IMG/VR virus record: IMGVR_UViG_2671180244_000004
Span: 69,202 to 133,201 of that record
Reading direction: 5' to 3' (one strand)
Source: a virus
Taxonomy: Duplodnaviria > Caudoviricetes
DNA length: 64,000 bases
Shown: positions 30,701 through 42,727 of the stretch, one piece after another
Layout of the letters: each line of letters starts with the position of its first letter
How positions within the stretch are numbered: the stretch's first letter is position 1
Notes under the pieces: generated by a model
What the model saw: the letters and a program-made list of their open reading frames with translations, nothing else
What the model was told of the DNA's origin: nothing
Databases searched by the model: none
Made by a program: the position numbers and the translations under genes

Positions 30701-33700
30701 TTTGCTGACGATGGCGACTATGTAAAAGAAGGATACAAGTACGAACAAGAAGCTTTACGTGCGAAACAATCCATTGTTAGTGCAAATGCAGAGATTCAAG
30801 CTTCAGTATTAGATGTAATCAGTGCGTTTAACTCCATTGATATTAACCCTAATATTAAAAAATCCATAACTGACATTCTGAATACAATGGACTTTAGCAA
30901 GTTGAGTCCTGATCAACTCAAGAGCTTTTCGCAACAAGTAGCTGTCATTATGGACTCGCTCCAAAAATCACTAAACAATGGCAATGGTTCGGAATTTGAT
31001 AAGCAAACAGCATCACTAAAATCACTCATTACTGAATTTTCAGATGGAAAAGTAAAAGTTGATGACTTAAACCTCTCCTACTCTACTCTTAAAGATTCGT
31101 TAGATCAGGCTAAAAATTCTGGCGATTCAGCAAAAGTCACCTGGAATGAAAATGGTGAAGGTGTAGATGAGTTAGGTGAATCAGTTGGGAATCTATCTGA
31201 TAAGCTTAAAGAAGTTAAAGGTGACATTGAAGCTACTGTAGATGTATTGAACCAATTGGTGAAGTCTGGTCAAACAACAGCAGCAATGGAAGCTTTGCAA
31301 GGTGAAGTATATGATGACTTAGCTGACCAGATGTCTCCTCTCAATGATCTGTTAGAGAAAATGGCTGAAGGTAAAGCTATATCAGCTTCAGAAGCAATGA
31401 AGCTTATACAGAAAGAAAAAGGTTTATCAGAAGCTATCTCCGTTGAAAATGGCGTTGTGAAAATTAATCGTGATGCAGTTGTAAAGTTAAGAAACGTTAA
31501 GCTTAAAGCATACAACGACATGCAACAATCGGTTAAACAAGACCTGCTTAATCAAGCTAATGCAACTGCTAAAAAGATTAAAAACTATGGTTTAGAAGTA
31601 AAAACAATCCAAACTGTGGCCGATGCCCAATCTAATTTAGCTTCATTAAAGAAGAAGATTGATGACGGTGGAGCTAGAAACCCTACTGAACTGTTAGAGA
31701 TGGATAAGGAATATGGTGAAATGTCAGATATCACAAGTCAGCTCGAAGACTTGGATAAGATGTCTGAATTGGTAAACTCCTCATTAACTGAAGTCGGTAC
31801 ATCTTATGAAACAATGTCGGACTCAGCTGACAAAGCCTCAAAATCAACGAAAGATTCAATCTATGTTGCAGACAAATATAAAGAAGCATTAGAGCGAGTC
31901 AATAAACAAATTGAAGAACAAAATAGAAAGACTAACGACTATCCTAAATGGTCACAGAAATATCGCGACTCTATTAAGAAGGAAATCAAGGCGTTAGAAC
32001 GAAAAGAAAAACTTCTTAAGAGTCAGATTAAGCTTCTTAAAGAACAGATTAAATCTGGATACATTGCTCAAACGGGTATTGTTGACTCTTCTTCATCTTA
32101 CTCCCCTTCCAGCTCTTCATATTCTGCTTCAGGTGGTTCTTACTCAGGGAAATATTCAAATGTCATCAATCAAGCTGCTTCAAAATACAATGTTCCTGCC
32201 GCTCTTATTGCTGCGGTTATAAAGCAAGAGTCTAACTTTAACCCCAATGCTCGTTCACATGCAGGCGCAACAGGATTAATGCAACTTATGCCAGCTACAG
32301 CAAAAGGCCTTGGAGTTAAAAATTCTAGAGATCCTTATCAAAACGTAATGGGCGGTACTAAGTATCTTAAACAAATGCTTGATAAGTTTGGTTCGATTGA
32401 AAAAGCATTGGCTGCTTATAATGCAGGGCCTGGCAATGTAACGAAATATGGTGGCATCCCTCCTTTTAGTGAAACTAAGAATTACGTTAAAAAAGTAAAT
32501 AGTTACTTTAAACAAATGGGTGGAACACTGTCTTCTAGTGGTGGATCGGCTGCTGGTTACTATGACTCAATGAGAAGAACATCTCACTTTGGTCAGCAAG
32601 AAAAAGGATTACGCTCTGCTCCTCATAAAGGTTTAGACTTAGCTGCTAAATCTGGCACTCCAATCAAATCGCTTAAATCAGGTAAAGTCCTCACTGCTGC
32701 ATACTCTAAATCAGCTGGTTATTGGGTTGTTGTTCAACAAGATGACGGCACAGTTGCTAAGTACATGCACATGCAAAAAGGACTCAAAGTTAAAGCTGGG
32801 CAAAAGGTTCAAGCTGGTCAAACTCTTGGTAAAATGGGAAGCACTGGTCACTCTACAGGTACTCACCTTCATATGCAAATCGAAAAGAATGGCAAAGCGA
32901 TTGACCCAGAAGCATATATGCAGCAAATTGGCTCTGATTTGTCTAGCTCTGAAGCTGAACGCCAACAAGCTATTTCACAAGCTAAATCTGACTTACTGGG
33001 ACTTGAAGGCGACCTATCTTCAGTTAAAGACCAAATTCAAGATTTGCAATACGAGCTAGTTCAATCTAAGCTTGATGAATTCGAAAAGCGTAAATCTGAT
33101 TTAGAGTTGAAAGTTGCTCAAAACCAATCTAAAGCCAGTCGTTACCTCAACGACAGCGCACAGTTTAGAAAATATACAAATGAGCAACGTAAAGCGGTTG
33201 AAGCGCAACAAAAGATTCAGAATCAAAAAGTAAGTTGGATTAACAAAGAGCTAAAGCAAAATAAGCAATTAAACGCTGCTCAACGTGATCAATTACGTGA
33301 AGAATTAAAGCAAGCTAAACTTGACCTCATCAGCATCAAAGATCAGGTTTATGAGTTACAGGCTACTATTGTTCAATCTAAAACTGATCAAATTCTTAAT
33401 AACATTGATAAGTCAGTCAAAAAGACTGAATCAAAGCTTAAGAACGTCGACATTAAGATCCAAACAACTGAAGAAGACAAAGATAAAGTTAAGTACTATA
33501 GTCAGCAAATCAAGCTGATTCAGCAACAGCAAAAAGAAGCTGCTAAGTACATCAAAGAGTTAGAAAAGCAAAAGAAAGCAGCTAAGGGTTTCCCTGAAAT
33601 CCAAAAACAAATATCGGACGAAATATCTTCTTGGAAAGATAAGCAAAAGGATTTCAATCTAGAGCTATATCAAACCAAGAAAAGCATTAAAGATATTTAC

Positions 33701-34768
33701 AAGTCACTAGCAGATGAAGTCGTCTCTATCTATAAAGAGATGTACGAAAAAATGCGTGATATTGAGTTAGAAGCCCATCGTAAAGCCACTCAAAACATCA
33801 TTGACGGCATTGACAAAGAAGATGATGAAGCTAAGTTCCAAAAGGATTTAAAGGATCGCCAGGAAAGCATTCAAAAGCTTTTAGATCAGATAAATCAATA
33901 TGCGCTCGATGACTCTGAGTTCGGTAAATCCAAAGTCAAAGAACTCACTGAACAGACGCAAAAAGAACAACTTGATTTAGATCAATTCCTCAAAGATCGT
34001 GAAAACTCCAAACGTAAAGAAGCTCTGCAAGATCAGCTTGAAAAAGATGAGAAATCAATCAACACAAAATATGATGATCTTGTAAATGATGAGCGTGGGT
34101 TCAAGGATCTAGAAGGAAAATTGATGAATGGTAAGATTAGTGATATCAATAAACAGCTTTCTGAGTTTACTAAATTCATCAATTCAAATATGGAGTCAAT
34201 CGGTAAGTCTATCTCTAACAATTTGATCGATAAGCTAAAAGAGGCTTCAAATGCTCTTGGTGTTGTCGTTAAGGGAAATACAACAGGTAAAAAGGTAGCC
34301 GCTTTTGACACTGGTGGTTACACAGGCACTGGCTTAGGTAGTGGCAAATTAGCTGTACTCCATGATAAAGAGCTAGTTCTTAACAAGACTGACACTGAAA
34401 ATATGCTTAAAGCTGTCGAAACAGTTAGAGACATCAGTCAAAATGATGTGCCATTTACTCCGAAATGGGGTTCTGGACAAAAACTAAGTTCAGTGATCTC
34501 TACAGTTCCAACCGAAGTTAAAATGGCTGGTGCGAATATTGTTAAAAGTGCTGCGTCAGCTATTAGCATTATTCCTAGTGCGATCACCAAGCTTACAAAA
34601 GCTCCACAGTCTTCTGTAAACAGTACAGATAACAACGTAGGTAATATTGGTGAATTGCATTTCCATATTGAAAACATGTATGGTGACCAGAATACAGTAG
34701 ATAAGTTTTCTGATACTGTTATAAAGAAAATCACTAACTATACCAAACAGAATTATGGAAGTTTATAA
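27714..34768 (+). CDS. cwlP: Tape measure protein with SLT and M23 peptidase domains; exons 27714-29252 and 29477-34768 (about 2276 aa spliced)
   Basis: Splicing restores RESGNIVG|[11 protein letters not shown]; IKQESNF..GLMQLMP (SLT) and HKGLD..HLH (M23) motifs. Confidence 0.92.
29253..29476 (+). ncRNA. Group I self-splicing intron (224 nt, no homing endonuclease ORF)
   Basis: 5' exon ends in U with P1 AGUCGGU/GCUGACU; terminal G; P3 UCUCUUC/GAAGAGA; P7 GACUG/CAGUC; P9 with GAAA loop; removal restores the reading frame. Confidence 0.92.
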
Positions 34769-34813
34769 AGAGCCTAGTTGTTAGGCTCTTACTTTGTTTT
34801 AAAAGGTGATTGA

Positions 34814-35605
34814 ATGATTAGAGAAAGTCAATATTTTATTTTTAACCATATAAGATCAACTGACATGGGTGTAGCCAATGTGAATACTGACGGTGGTTTA
34901 CAAGAAGAAAACTTTTTAGCAGGAAAGACAGTTAACGAGACTTTTATAAAAGGTCGGTCAGAGCCCATTGTTGACAGTATTACCTATGAGCCATATGAAG
35001 TTTCATTGAATTTCTATGTAGATCAGAATATCAAAGAGAGTTTCTATAAAAATAGGAATTTGACTCAAAAGAAACTCAGAGAAATTGCAAGTTGGTTAAG
35101 TGTTACAGATTACTCCCCTCTCGCATTTAGCACAAATTTAGATATTATATATTATGCAATGCCTGTGAATCCGATCGATCTAATTCATAACTGTTCTGAA
35201 GATGGGTACGTTCGGCTAACTATGAAAGTGCTCCCTTTTAAATTCGGAGTTAAGGTAGCCTCCCCCTGGATAGATCCTTCAAGACATCAAGGTAATATTA
35301 TTAAACTAGACAATAAAGGTGATCTTGATGTGCCTCTTTCAATGGAAATTAAAAAAATAGGTGATGGAGATATTAAAATCACAAACCTCAGTTCATATAG
35401 AAGTCCGTTTTCCTTTGATGAGTTAATGGATAATGAAATTGTAAAAGTTGATGCAGTTAAGGAAATCTTGGAATCGAGTGTTTCTGGCTATGAATGCTAT
35501 GAACAGTCTAATGAAAATTTTATTGTGCTTGGTAAGGGGCAAAATCGAATTAAAGTCGAAGGATCTTGTTTGATTAGATTTAATTATCGCTTTAAATATT
35601 TCTAG
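34814..35605 (+). CDS. yomH: Distal tail (Dit-like) protein
   Basis: Follows TMP; LDNKGD and LGKGQNRI motifs. Confidence 0.75.
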   Translation: MIRESQYFIFNHIRSTDMGVANVNTDGGLQEENFLAGKTVNETFIKGRSEPIVDSITYEPYEVSLNFYVDQNIKESFYKNRNLTQKKLREIASWLSVTDYSPLAFSTNLDIIYYAMPVNPIDLIHNCSEDGYVRLTMKVLPFKFGVKVASPWIDPSRHQGNIIKLDNKGDLDVPLSMEIKKIGDGDIKITNLSSYRSPFSFDELMDNEIVKVDAVKEILESSVSGYECYEQSNENFIVLGKGQNRIKVEGSCLIRFNYRFKYF

Positions 35606-35620
35606 GAGGTGAAGCTTCCG

Positions 35621-38314
35621 TTGAATTTAGGAGAATTCACTTTCAAACCAGGTAAACTTAGACTTGAATTGTGCAAAACGAATAAAAAGAAAATAGCTAA
35701 CATAGTGGATTTCTCAAATGCATCTGTAAACTTGAATCATGCTGCCATTAACGACTTAACTTTTAATATACCTCTCAAATCCAGGTATGGTGATGAAATT
35801 AAAACAAATCATGTCACTAAGCTAATTAAGGAATGGTACTTAATCAAAGCAACTTTCTTGAACCGTACAGAATACTATGTAATTGACAGTATTACGGATT
35901 CCAGTAGCCAAGAGAAAGATGATATTCAGATTAATTGCCAGCTAACTCCTTACATGCTTCACAAATCTAAAATCCTGCAGTACGAAGGCATTTCTAAGAA
36001 TTTAAAAGAGATTGGCGAAGTTTGTTTAAATGAAACGGGTTGGACTGTTGGTGAAATCGATGATACTTTCAATGAAAAAAGGCGTTCGTTTTCAATCAGC
36101 TCAATGACATCAAGATATGATTTTTTAAAGAATATCTGCGAAACATTTGATGCAACCCCAGTTTTCGATACCGTCAAAAACACAGTGTCATTTTACAAAA
36201 GTGATGAAATCTCAAAGTTTAAAGGCGTTAAAATTTCTTCTCATAACTTTATGATCGATATGACAGACACACGGAGTATGGAAGATGTCGTGACCAGACT
36301 CCATGTAACTGGAAAAGATGGCATTGTGATCAATTCAGTTAATCCAACAGGTCAAGGCTACTTGGATGACTTCAGCTTCTTTTTAAGTCCCTTTCAGCGT
36401 GATGAAAATAGGATTGTAATTAAGAAAAGTGATTATATGAGCAATGAACTGTGTCATGCTTTGTTAGACTACAATGAAATGGTGGATAAAGAGGCTGAAG
36501 CATTTAAACGTTTGTTGAATGAAAAAAAACAGGCTGAAGCCAATAAGACCACCCAGGAAAATGAGCTATATGTGCTGAAAAATTTAGAATTACAACAAAT
36601 TTTGGATCGAATTGAAGTAGTTAAAGAAACCAATGGTGATACTAAGGATTTAATCAAACAAAGGGATTTAAAATTAAGTCAGGTTGATTCTAAAAAAAGT
36701 GAAATTACCCAAAGTGAAACAAAAATTAATTCATTAAACAATGAAGTTGCAGCTTTGAAGGATCGATTAGATATGCCCACTTTTTTGGGAAATACACTGT
36801 TTAACGAGTTGATTCCGTTTATTCATAAAGGTGAATGGACTAATGACAACATTTTTGATGAAACGGAGCTATATGAAAAAAGCTATGAAGAGCTAGAGAA
36901 ACGGAAATCCCCTCCTATCGACATTAAGACAAACATAGTTAACCTATATAATGCAGTAAGTGAAAAAGATTATTGGGATAGGATTTCATTAGGTGACATA
37001 ATTAGAATTCAAAACAAAGAATTTGGCACTGAGTATAGAGCTACTTTAGCTGGGATGAGCTTGAATTTTGATGATTCTACTATTTCTGTAACACTCACAA
37101 ATGGCAAAAAACCAAAAAGCATTGAACAAGAATGGTCAGATATGCTCTATAGAAATAAAAAGGCTTCGACTGAGTTCAACACTCGTAAAATTGATTATGA
37201 TCGGCTTACTACCAATTACAACGCACGCAATGATCGTATTCCTATCCCTCCCTCTCCTCCAACCATCGGAGTAAAATCTATAACTCACAAAGTAAATGAG
37301 AATGGTTCTGTTGATATTTCGGTATCGTGGAACTATCCAACGTCTGATGAGGATAAATACAATATAGATGGTTTCATTGTACATTGTTATCCTGATACAT
37401 CTTCAGACACCTATTTATTCGGTGCCTCACTAGCTAAAGAACAACGAATTTCTGTTAGATATGATAAGCGAATAGCTACCTTTACTTCACAAGTTCCAAC
37501 AAAATATTTCACCTTTGGAGTACAGTCATACAGAAACGTTGAAACTTCAATTAGTTCAAATGGGGTTTTATTATCTGATATAGTTCAACCACAAGCTCCA
37601 AGTGAGAATCCTTACAGGCCATCTAACACTGTTGAGGTTAAAGGAAAAGTAAATGGATTGTATCAGATTTCTACGAATGAAAAACCTGCCAACCCTGACG
37701 TTGGTACCATTTGGATTGATCCAGCGAACAATAAGTCTGAACTATACGATGGAGAACAATGGATTGTTCAATCTGCTGGTAGCGCAGACTCGTTAAACGG
37801 GATCACTCATGCATTACATGAAGAGCCTAATACTATACCAGTTAGAGATGATAACGGTGTGATTTCAGCATCTATTTCGGGTAGCGCATCTAAGTTAGGT
37901 GAGTATACAGACCAAGACTTTATTTTAAAGACAGATAAAGATGCACCAAATGGAGTTGCAGCATTAGATGCTAACGGAAAAATTAAGTCGACCAATCTTC
38001 AGCAAATTAATTATGTTGGTACATATATCGGCAACGGGACTCAAAACAGGGCAATCCCTCTCCCCTTCACCCCCTCTCTAGTTAAGGTTAAATCAACAGT
38101 TCAAAATGATCCTGCATTAGCTATTGTAAGCACAAGTGGTGGTTATACGGAGGAAATTTCCGGATCAAATATCTATTTTAAAGGAATGAATAATCTTCCT
38201 GACAACACAAATGGTCGACTTGTTGACATGGGATTTATGATAGGTTCTGATTCTACGTTTAAAGGTAACAAACAGGGAGTTACGTACTATTTCGAAGCTT
38301 ATAGAAATCTATAA
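35621..38314 (+). CDS. yomG: Tail hub/Tal-like minor structural protein
   Basis: VTRLHVTGKDG prophage tail-endopeptidase-like motif; synteny. Confidence 0.75.
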   Translation: MNLGEFTFKPGKLRLELCKTNKKKIANIVDFSNASVNLNHAAINDLTFNIPLKSRYGDEIKTNHVTKLIKEWYLIKATFLNRTEYYVIDSITDSSSQEKDDIQINCQLTPYMLHKSKILQYEGISKNLKEIGEVCLNETGWTVGEIDDTFNEKRRSFSISSMTSRYDFLKNICETFDATPVFDTVKNTVSFYKSDEISKFKGVKISSHNFMIDMTDTRSMEDVVTRLHVTGKDGIVINSVNPTGQGYLDDFSFFLSPFQRDENRIVIKKSDYMSNELCHALLDYNEMVDKEAEAFKRLLNEKKQAEANKTTQENELYVLKNLELQQILDRIEVVKETNGDTKDLIKQRDLKLSQVDSKKSEITQSETKINSLNNEVAALKDRLDMPTFLGNTLFNELIPFIHKGEWTNDNIFDETELYEKSYEELEKRKSPPIDIKTNIVNLYNAVSEKDYWDRISLGDIIRIQNKEFGTEYRATLAGMSLNFDDSTISVTLTNGKKPKSIEQEWSDMLYRNKKASTEFNTRKIDYDRLTTNYNARNDRIPIPPSPPTIGVKSITHKVNENGSVDISVSWNYPTSDEDKYNIDGFIVHCYPDTSSDTYLFGASLAKEQRISVRYDKRIATFTSQVPTKYFTFGVQSYRNVETSISSNGVLLSDIVQPQAPSENPYRPSNTVEVKGKVNGLYQISTNEKPANPDVGTIWIDPANNKSELYDGEQWIVQSAGSADSLNGITHALHEEPNTIPVRDDNGVISASISGSASKLGEYTDQDFILKTDKDAPNGVAALDANGKIKSTNLQQINYVGTYIGNGTQNRAIPLPFTPSLVKVKSTVQNDPALAIVSTSGGYTEEISGSNIYFKGMNNLPDNTNGRLVDMGFMIGSDSTFKGNKQGVTYYFEAYRNL

Positions 38315-38331
38315 GAAAGGAGTGAATCTGA

Positions 38332-39147
38332 ATGGATTTTCCAAAACTCTATAATGACCCTATCTTGTACAATAAAAGAAAAAATACATATGATGATCCT
38401 TATATGAGCTACGATGAAACCCACTCAGTTCTTAATGGACGAATATTTCTAACCGAAAATCCTAATCGTGAAAACAGAGTTGTCATAAGTGGTGGAAATA
38501 CTGAGTGGAAAGAAATCGAAGATGGTGAATTAGAAGATGACTGTTATCGTGTTGATTACATGATGGGAGTTGTCTTTTTTAATTCCTCTAACGAAGGAAA
38601 AGAACTACAAGTTAAGTATGTGGGTGAAGGTGCTCACTTCTTCCCTGCTGCACGTATTTGGATTAAACGTTCAGGTAATACAGTCGTTGAGACACTTCAA
38701 GGACTAATTGATGAAGCTGAAGATTGTATCATTCGTATGAATGAGAGAATTTTAGAATGTGAACGTGTCATCAAACGCTGCATTGAAATAACTGAATGGT
38801 GTAGAGCGATTACATCTAACTATGAATATGTCGTAGAGAATACAAAAAAAGAATATAAGCCACTTGTCAATACTTACACTGAATTGCTAGACACCTATCC
38901 TAACCCTCTTGTTGGATGGACTGTTACAGTCAGAGATTCTGGAATTGTCTACAGATGGGATGGATTTGATTGGATCAATATAAGCATTTCTGAAGAATTC
39001 GATGGCTATGATGTTATCACGTGTTTTAACGAACCACACAATATTAAAAGAGTTTGGTTCAGAATTAATAAACCGCCTGAAAAAAGACGGATCAAACCTT
39101 CTGTTGATATTCCTGACGCTGGATTGATTTGGTTTCGTAAAGGCTGA
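38332..39147 (+). CDS. yomF: YomF-like tail protein
   Basis: Synteny, size. Confidence 0.65.
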   Translation: MDFPKLYNDPILYNKRKNTYDDPYMSYDETHSVLNGRIFLTENPNRENRVVISGGNTEWKEIEDGELEDDCYRVDYMMGVVFFNSSNEGKELQVKYVGEGAHFFPAARIWIKRSGNTVVETLQGLIDEAEDCIIRMNERILECERVIKRCIEITEWCRAITSNYEYVVENTKKEYKPLVNTYTELLDTYPNPLVGWTVTVRDSGIVYRWDGFDWINISISEEFDGYDVITCFNEPHNIKRVWFRINKPPEKRRIKPSVDIPDAGLIWFRKG

Positions 39148-39161
39148 ATAAGGAGGAACTT

Positions 39162-41123
39162 ATGGCTCTTGAAAAAGACTTGATTCCTGTAAATACTATG
39201 GGGATCAAAGATGAAGACACAGGAGAATGGATTCCATTAGATGCTGTGGCGCTTAGGTCTCATACTGATAGATTAACAGTTGATGATATTAGAAAAATAT
39301 ATGAGGAAATTTATAAAGATATTACTAAAGTTGATAACACCGTTATATCTAAATTCAAAGAAATAATGGACGCTATTGGAGATATCAGTTCCTTTTCGAC
39401 TGGCGATAATCTAATTGATAAGATAAAGAACACTCTGACTCAGTTCATTGTTAATATCATTGACTATGGTGGTATTGGAGACGGTAAATTCGATAATAAA
39501 CCTATCTTTGAAAACCTCTCAAATGGCAAGATGCCTGTTTTTCTTCCCCATGGAATATTCTTCACTACTGCCCTTCCCGAAGTAAGTGTGTTTGGATTTG
39601 GCGAGCTAATAGTTAACAATGAAAGAATACCTATTGACTCTAATATCCCTCAAAAAGTTTACAACAATATCGTTTCAAGTTCAGAGTTAGATGGATTCGA
39701 TTTTGAAGGGCAGCGCTATTTAAACTTCATAATCGGTCAAAACGCTGGTAAAAAATTAGGGAAGTCAAGTCGTGGTAATGTAGCAGTTGGACATAACTCA
39801 ATGTCTAAAGGCACAACTAACGCAAGATCAACGGCAGTTGGTAAGATGACGCTTCAGAATGTTTCCGACTCTTACGCTTCAGATGCTTTTGGATCAGATG
39901 CGCTAGGGCAAGGAAGTTTTAGCAATAGAAACACTGGTATCGGGTCAAACTCCCTTAAATGGGCTGGAATAACTGATGCTATCGAGACAAAACATGATTA
40001 TTGGCTTGAAAAAGGCGCAGAAAATTTTATCAACAGATACTTTTTAAGTAAGTGGCCTACAATTTGGGCGGATTTACTAGGATCAGAAAATGTTCCAAGT
40101 CCATATCTCTATCCGAGAACAAGCGATGAAATAAAAGAGAATGTTGGCGTGGGGCGCAATTCTTTAGTACATCTGATTAAAGGTCTTGATAATACTGCTG
40201 TAGGCTACAACTCTCAAGCTCACAATACTATCGGAAATGAAAACACATCATTAGGAGCTAGATCTCTAAGAGACAACCTTAAAGGTGAGCATAATACCGC
40301 AATTGGGAATCTGTCTATGGCGAACAACCTTTCTGGAAGTGATAATGTTGCTTTAGGTGCAAACACTCTTCAACAATCAGTTCACGCTTCAAATAACACT
40401 GTTGTTGGTTTTGGGGCAATGCACTTTTTTAAGGATAACAATACTTCTCCAAATGGTGAAAAAGGGAAACGTAACACAGCCATCGGTACACAAGCAATGC
40501 AAGACAGTGAAGACACAAGCTTTAGTACGTTTGTGGGCTCCTATGCAGGGCAAAATGTTAAAGGTGATGCTAACACTGGTGTCGGATCTGCTACCATGCA
40601 GAATTTAACCACTGGCGAAAGAAATACATCTATCGGACAAAACACTGGATTGTCGATTATCAAAGGAAGTAACAATACTAATATCGGCTATACAGCGGGG
40701 CCTGATGGTGACTTCAGCAATACTACCTCAATTGGAACTAACGCACATGCTCAGGGTAATAACCAAATTCAAATTGGTACATCTGATGAAACTGTATACA
40801 CTTTTAAACCTGTGCAGCAACGATCTGACATGAGAGATAAAACAAGTATAAGAAGTACTCAACTTGGATTAGATTTTGTTAATAAGTTGAAACCAGTAGA
40901 TTACAAGTACATTTCTGGGCAATCTTCTCGTTATCATCATGGTGTAATTGCACAGGATATCGAAAAACTTAAAGATTACGAATTTGGTGGCTTAGACCAT
41001 TCTGCAATTAACGGAGGAAACGATGTTTATACTGTTGCATACACAGAATTCATCGCTCCTTTAATTAAAGCTGTTCAAGAACTTTCTAAGAAAGTCGAAG
41101 AATTGGAAACGAAGCCAAAATAA
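39162..41123 (+). CDS. Tail spike/receptor-binding protein with beta-helix repeats and C-terminal S74 chaperone
   Basis: NIIDYGGIGDG start, many NTAVGxxA repeats, SDMRDK...GVIAQD...YTEFIAPLIKAVQEL. Confidence 0.8.
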   Translation: MALEKDLIPVNTMGIKDEDTGEWIPLDAVALRSHTDRLTVDDIRKIYEEIYKDITKVDNTVISKFKEIMDAIGDISSFSTGDNLIDKIKNTLTQFIVNIIDYGGIGDGKFDNKPIFENLSNGKMPVFLPHGIFFTTALPEVSVFGFGELIVNNERIPIDSNIPQKVYNNIVSSSELDGFDFEGQRYLNFIIGQNAGKKLGKSSRGNVAVGHNSMSKGTTNARSTAVGKMTLQNVSDSYASDAFGSDALGQGSFSNRNTGIGSNSLKWAGITDAIETKHDYWLEKGAENFINRYFLSKWPTIWADLLGSENVPSPYLYPRTSDEIKENVGVGRNSLVHLIKGLDNTAVGYNSQAHNTIGNENTSLGARSLRDNLKGEHNTAIGNLSMANNLSGSDNVALGANTLQQSVHASNNTVVGFGAMHFFKDNNTSPNGEKGKRNTAIGTQAMQDSEDTSFSTFVGSYAGQNVKGDANTGVGSATMQNLTTGERNTSIGQNTGLSIIKGSNNTNIGYTAGPDGDFSNTTSIGTNAHAQGNNQIQIGTSDETVYTFKPVQQRSDMRDKTSIRSTQLGLDFVNKLKPVDYKYISGQSSRYHHGVIAQDIEKLKDYEFGGLDHSAINGGNDVYTVAYTEFIAPLIKAVQELSKKVEELETKPK

Positions 41124-41266
41124 CTTTCAAGATAAAACTATGATTTTATAGGAATATATTCAATACATAACAGAGAAAGACAGAGCATGCCATACGTGAG
41201 AACGAGAGAGTTGGGTTATCCCCTGCTCTCTTTTTGTGCTCTAAAAATTAACTGGAGGAATTTAAT

Positions 41267-42619
41267 TTGAGAATTACGCAAAGTTTGCTCACCCCCAACA
41301 AATACTCTAGACCTCAAACCGCATTAAAATCGGTCAAAGCTGTTGTAATTCACTGGGTTGCTAATCCAGGTTCATCCGCAGAAGGAAACCGCAACTTCTT
41401 CAATAATCGTAAAAGTGGCACTTCTGGGTTTGGCTCAGCGCATTACATTGTAGAAGGCACAAAAGTAATTCAATGTTTGCCGAATAGTGAGCTGGCCTAT
41501 CATGTTGGTTCGAATGTTTACACAGCAAGTGCGCTTAGAAACTTAAGCTCTTATCCGAACAACTGCACTATCGGTATTGAAATGACTCACCCTGATTGGA
41601 CTGGTAAGCCCGATGCTACAACCTATAAAACAACTGTAGAGTTAGCTACCTCCCTTCTTAAAACTTATGGGCTAAAATCTGAAAATCTGTGGACACATAA
41701 CCAAGTAGTAGGATGGAAAGACTGCCATCGTTATTACACTAACACCCCTAGTGCATGGGTTCAATTTGTCAGTGATGTTAATAAAGCTTTAACAGGTAAA
41801 ACTGTAACTATTCCAACACCGAAGCCATCAGACAAAAATGACCTTGAGTTAGTTGAAGCTTACGGTCTTGGTGATAAAGGTGCAAAAGTTAAAGAAATTC
41901 AGTCTAATCTAATTAAGCTTGGCTATAAATTGCCTAAATACGGTGCGGACTCCCACTTTGGTGATGAAACTGTTGCTGCTGTGAAGGCATTCCAAAAAGC
42001 AAACAAGCTAGCAGTAGATGGAATCGCTGGGAAAGCGACTCTTGCTAAGATCAAAGAGTTGTTAACTAAATCTAAAGCCCCTTCTTCCTCTAAGTCTAAC
42101 TCTTCTAAAGCAAGTGGCTCTCTAAAATCTAAAGTAGACGGTCTTCGATTTTATGCTAAAGCTTCATGGGATGATAAAGATGTTGTCAGTACTGTAAATA
42201 AAGGTATTGGCTTCCCTACTGTTGTCGAAAAAGTAAAAGTTGGTACGGCATACCAATATAAAGTGAAAAACTCAAAAGGTGCAACGTTTTATATCACTGC
42301 TTCAGATAAGTATGTTGAAGTAACAGGCACAGTTAAAGCATCTACTCCTGCTAAGACCGCTTCAAAGCCAAAACAGAGCTCTAAAAGTTCATCAATTAAA
42401 TCTGTTGGGAAAATCAAAATTATCGGCGTGTCAGGTGCTGCTTTTATTATGGATAAACCTGATCGCAATTCAGCCAAGAATCTAGACACCATCGCATTAG
42501 GTAAAACAATTGAAATTTCTGGATCTGTTAAAGGTAGTAACAATCCTAAAGGTTACTGGGAAGTAATTCACGAGGGTAAACGTGCTTACATTTCAGGACA
42601 ATATGGCAGTAAAGTATAA
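41267..42619 (+). CDS. Endolysin, N-acetylmuramoyl-L-alanine amidase with PG-binding domain
   Basis: VIHW, SAHYIV, AYHVG, IGIE amidase_2 motifs; AFQKANKLAVDGIAG PG_binding_1. Confidence 0.9.
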   Translation: MRITQSLLTPNKYSRPQTALKSVKAVVIHWVANPGSSAEGNRNFFNNRKSGTSGFGSAHYIVEGTKVIQCLPNSELAYHVGSNVYTASALRNLSSYPNNCTIGIEMTHPDWTGKPDATTYKTTVELATSLLKTYGLKSENLWTHNQVVGWKDCHRYYTNTPSAWVQFVSDVNKALTGKTVTIPTPKPSDKNDLELVEAYGLGDKGAKVKEIQSNLIKLGYKLPKYGADSHFGDETVAAVKAFQKANKLAVDGIAGKATLAKIKELLTKSKAPSSSKSNSSKASGSLKSKVDGLRFYAKASWDDKDVVSTVNKGIGFPTVVEKVKVGTAYQYKVKNSKGATFYITASDKYVEVTGTVKASTPAKTASKPKQSSKSSSIKSVGKIKIIGVSGAAFIMDKPDRNSAKNLDTIALGKTIEISGSVKGSNNPKGYWEVIHEGKRAYISGQYGSKV

Positions 42620-42727
42620 CTAAATTAATATAGATTTTTGTGGATTTACAAATATCCATGAAAATTTATGAAAATCAACTTCAGGGAGGTGAACTAAAAT
42701 CACCTCCTTCTCTAAGGCTGGTGTCAA

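Noticed and set aside
27714-34768. Tape measure gene as two genes or a frameshifted pseudogene
   Set aside because: The gap is a clean 224-nt insert with group I core pairings, and its removal restores the frame.
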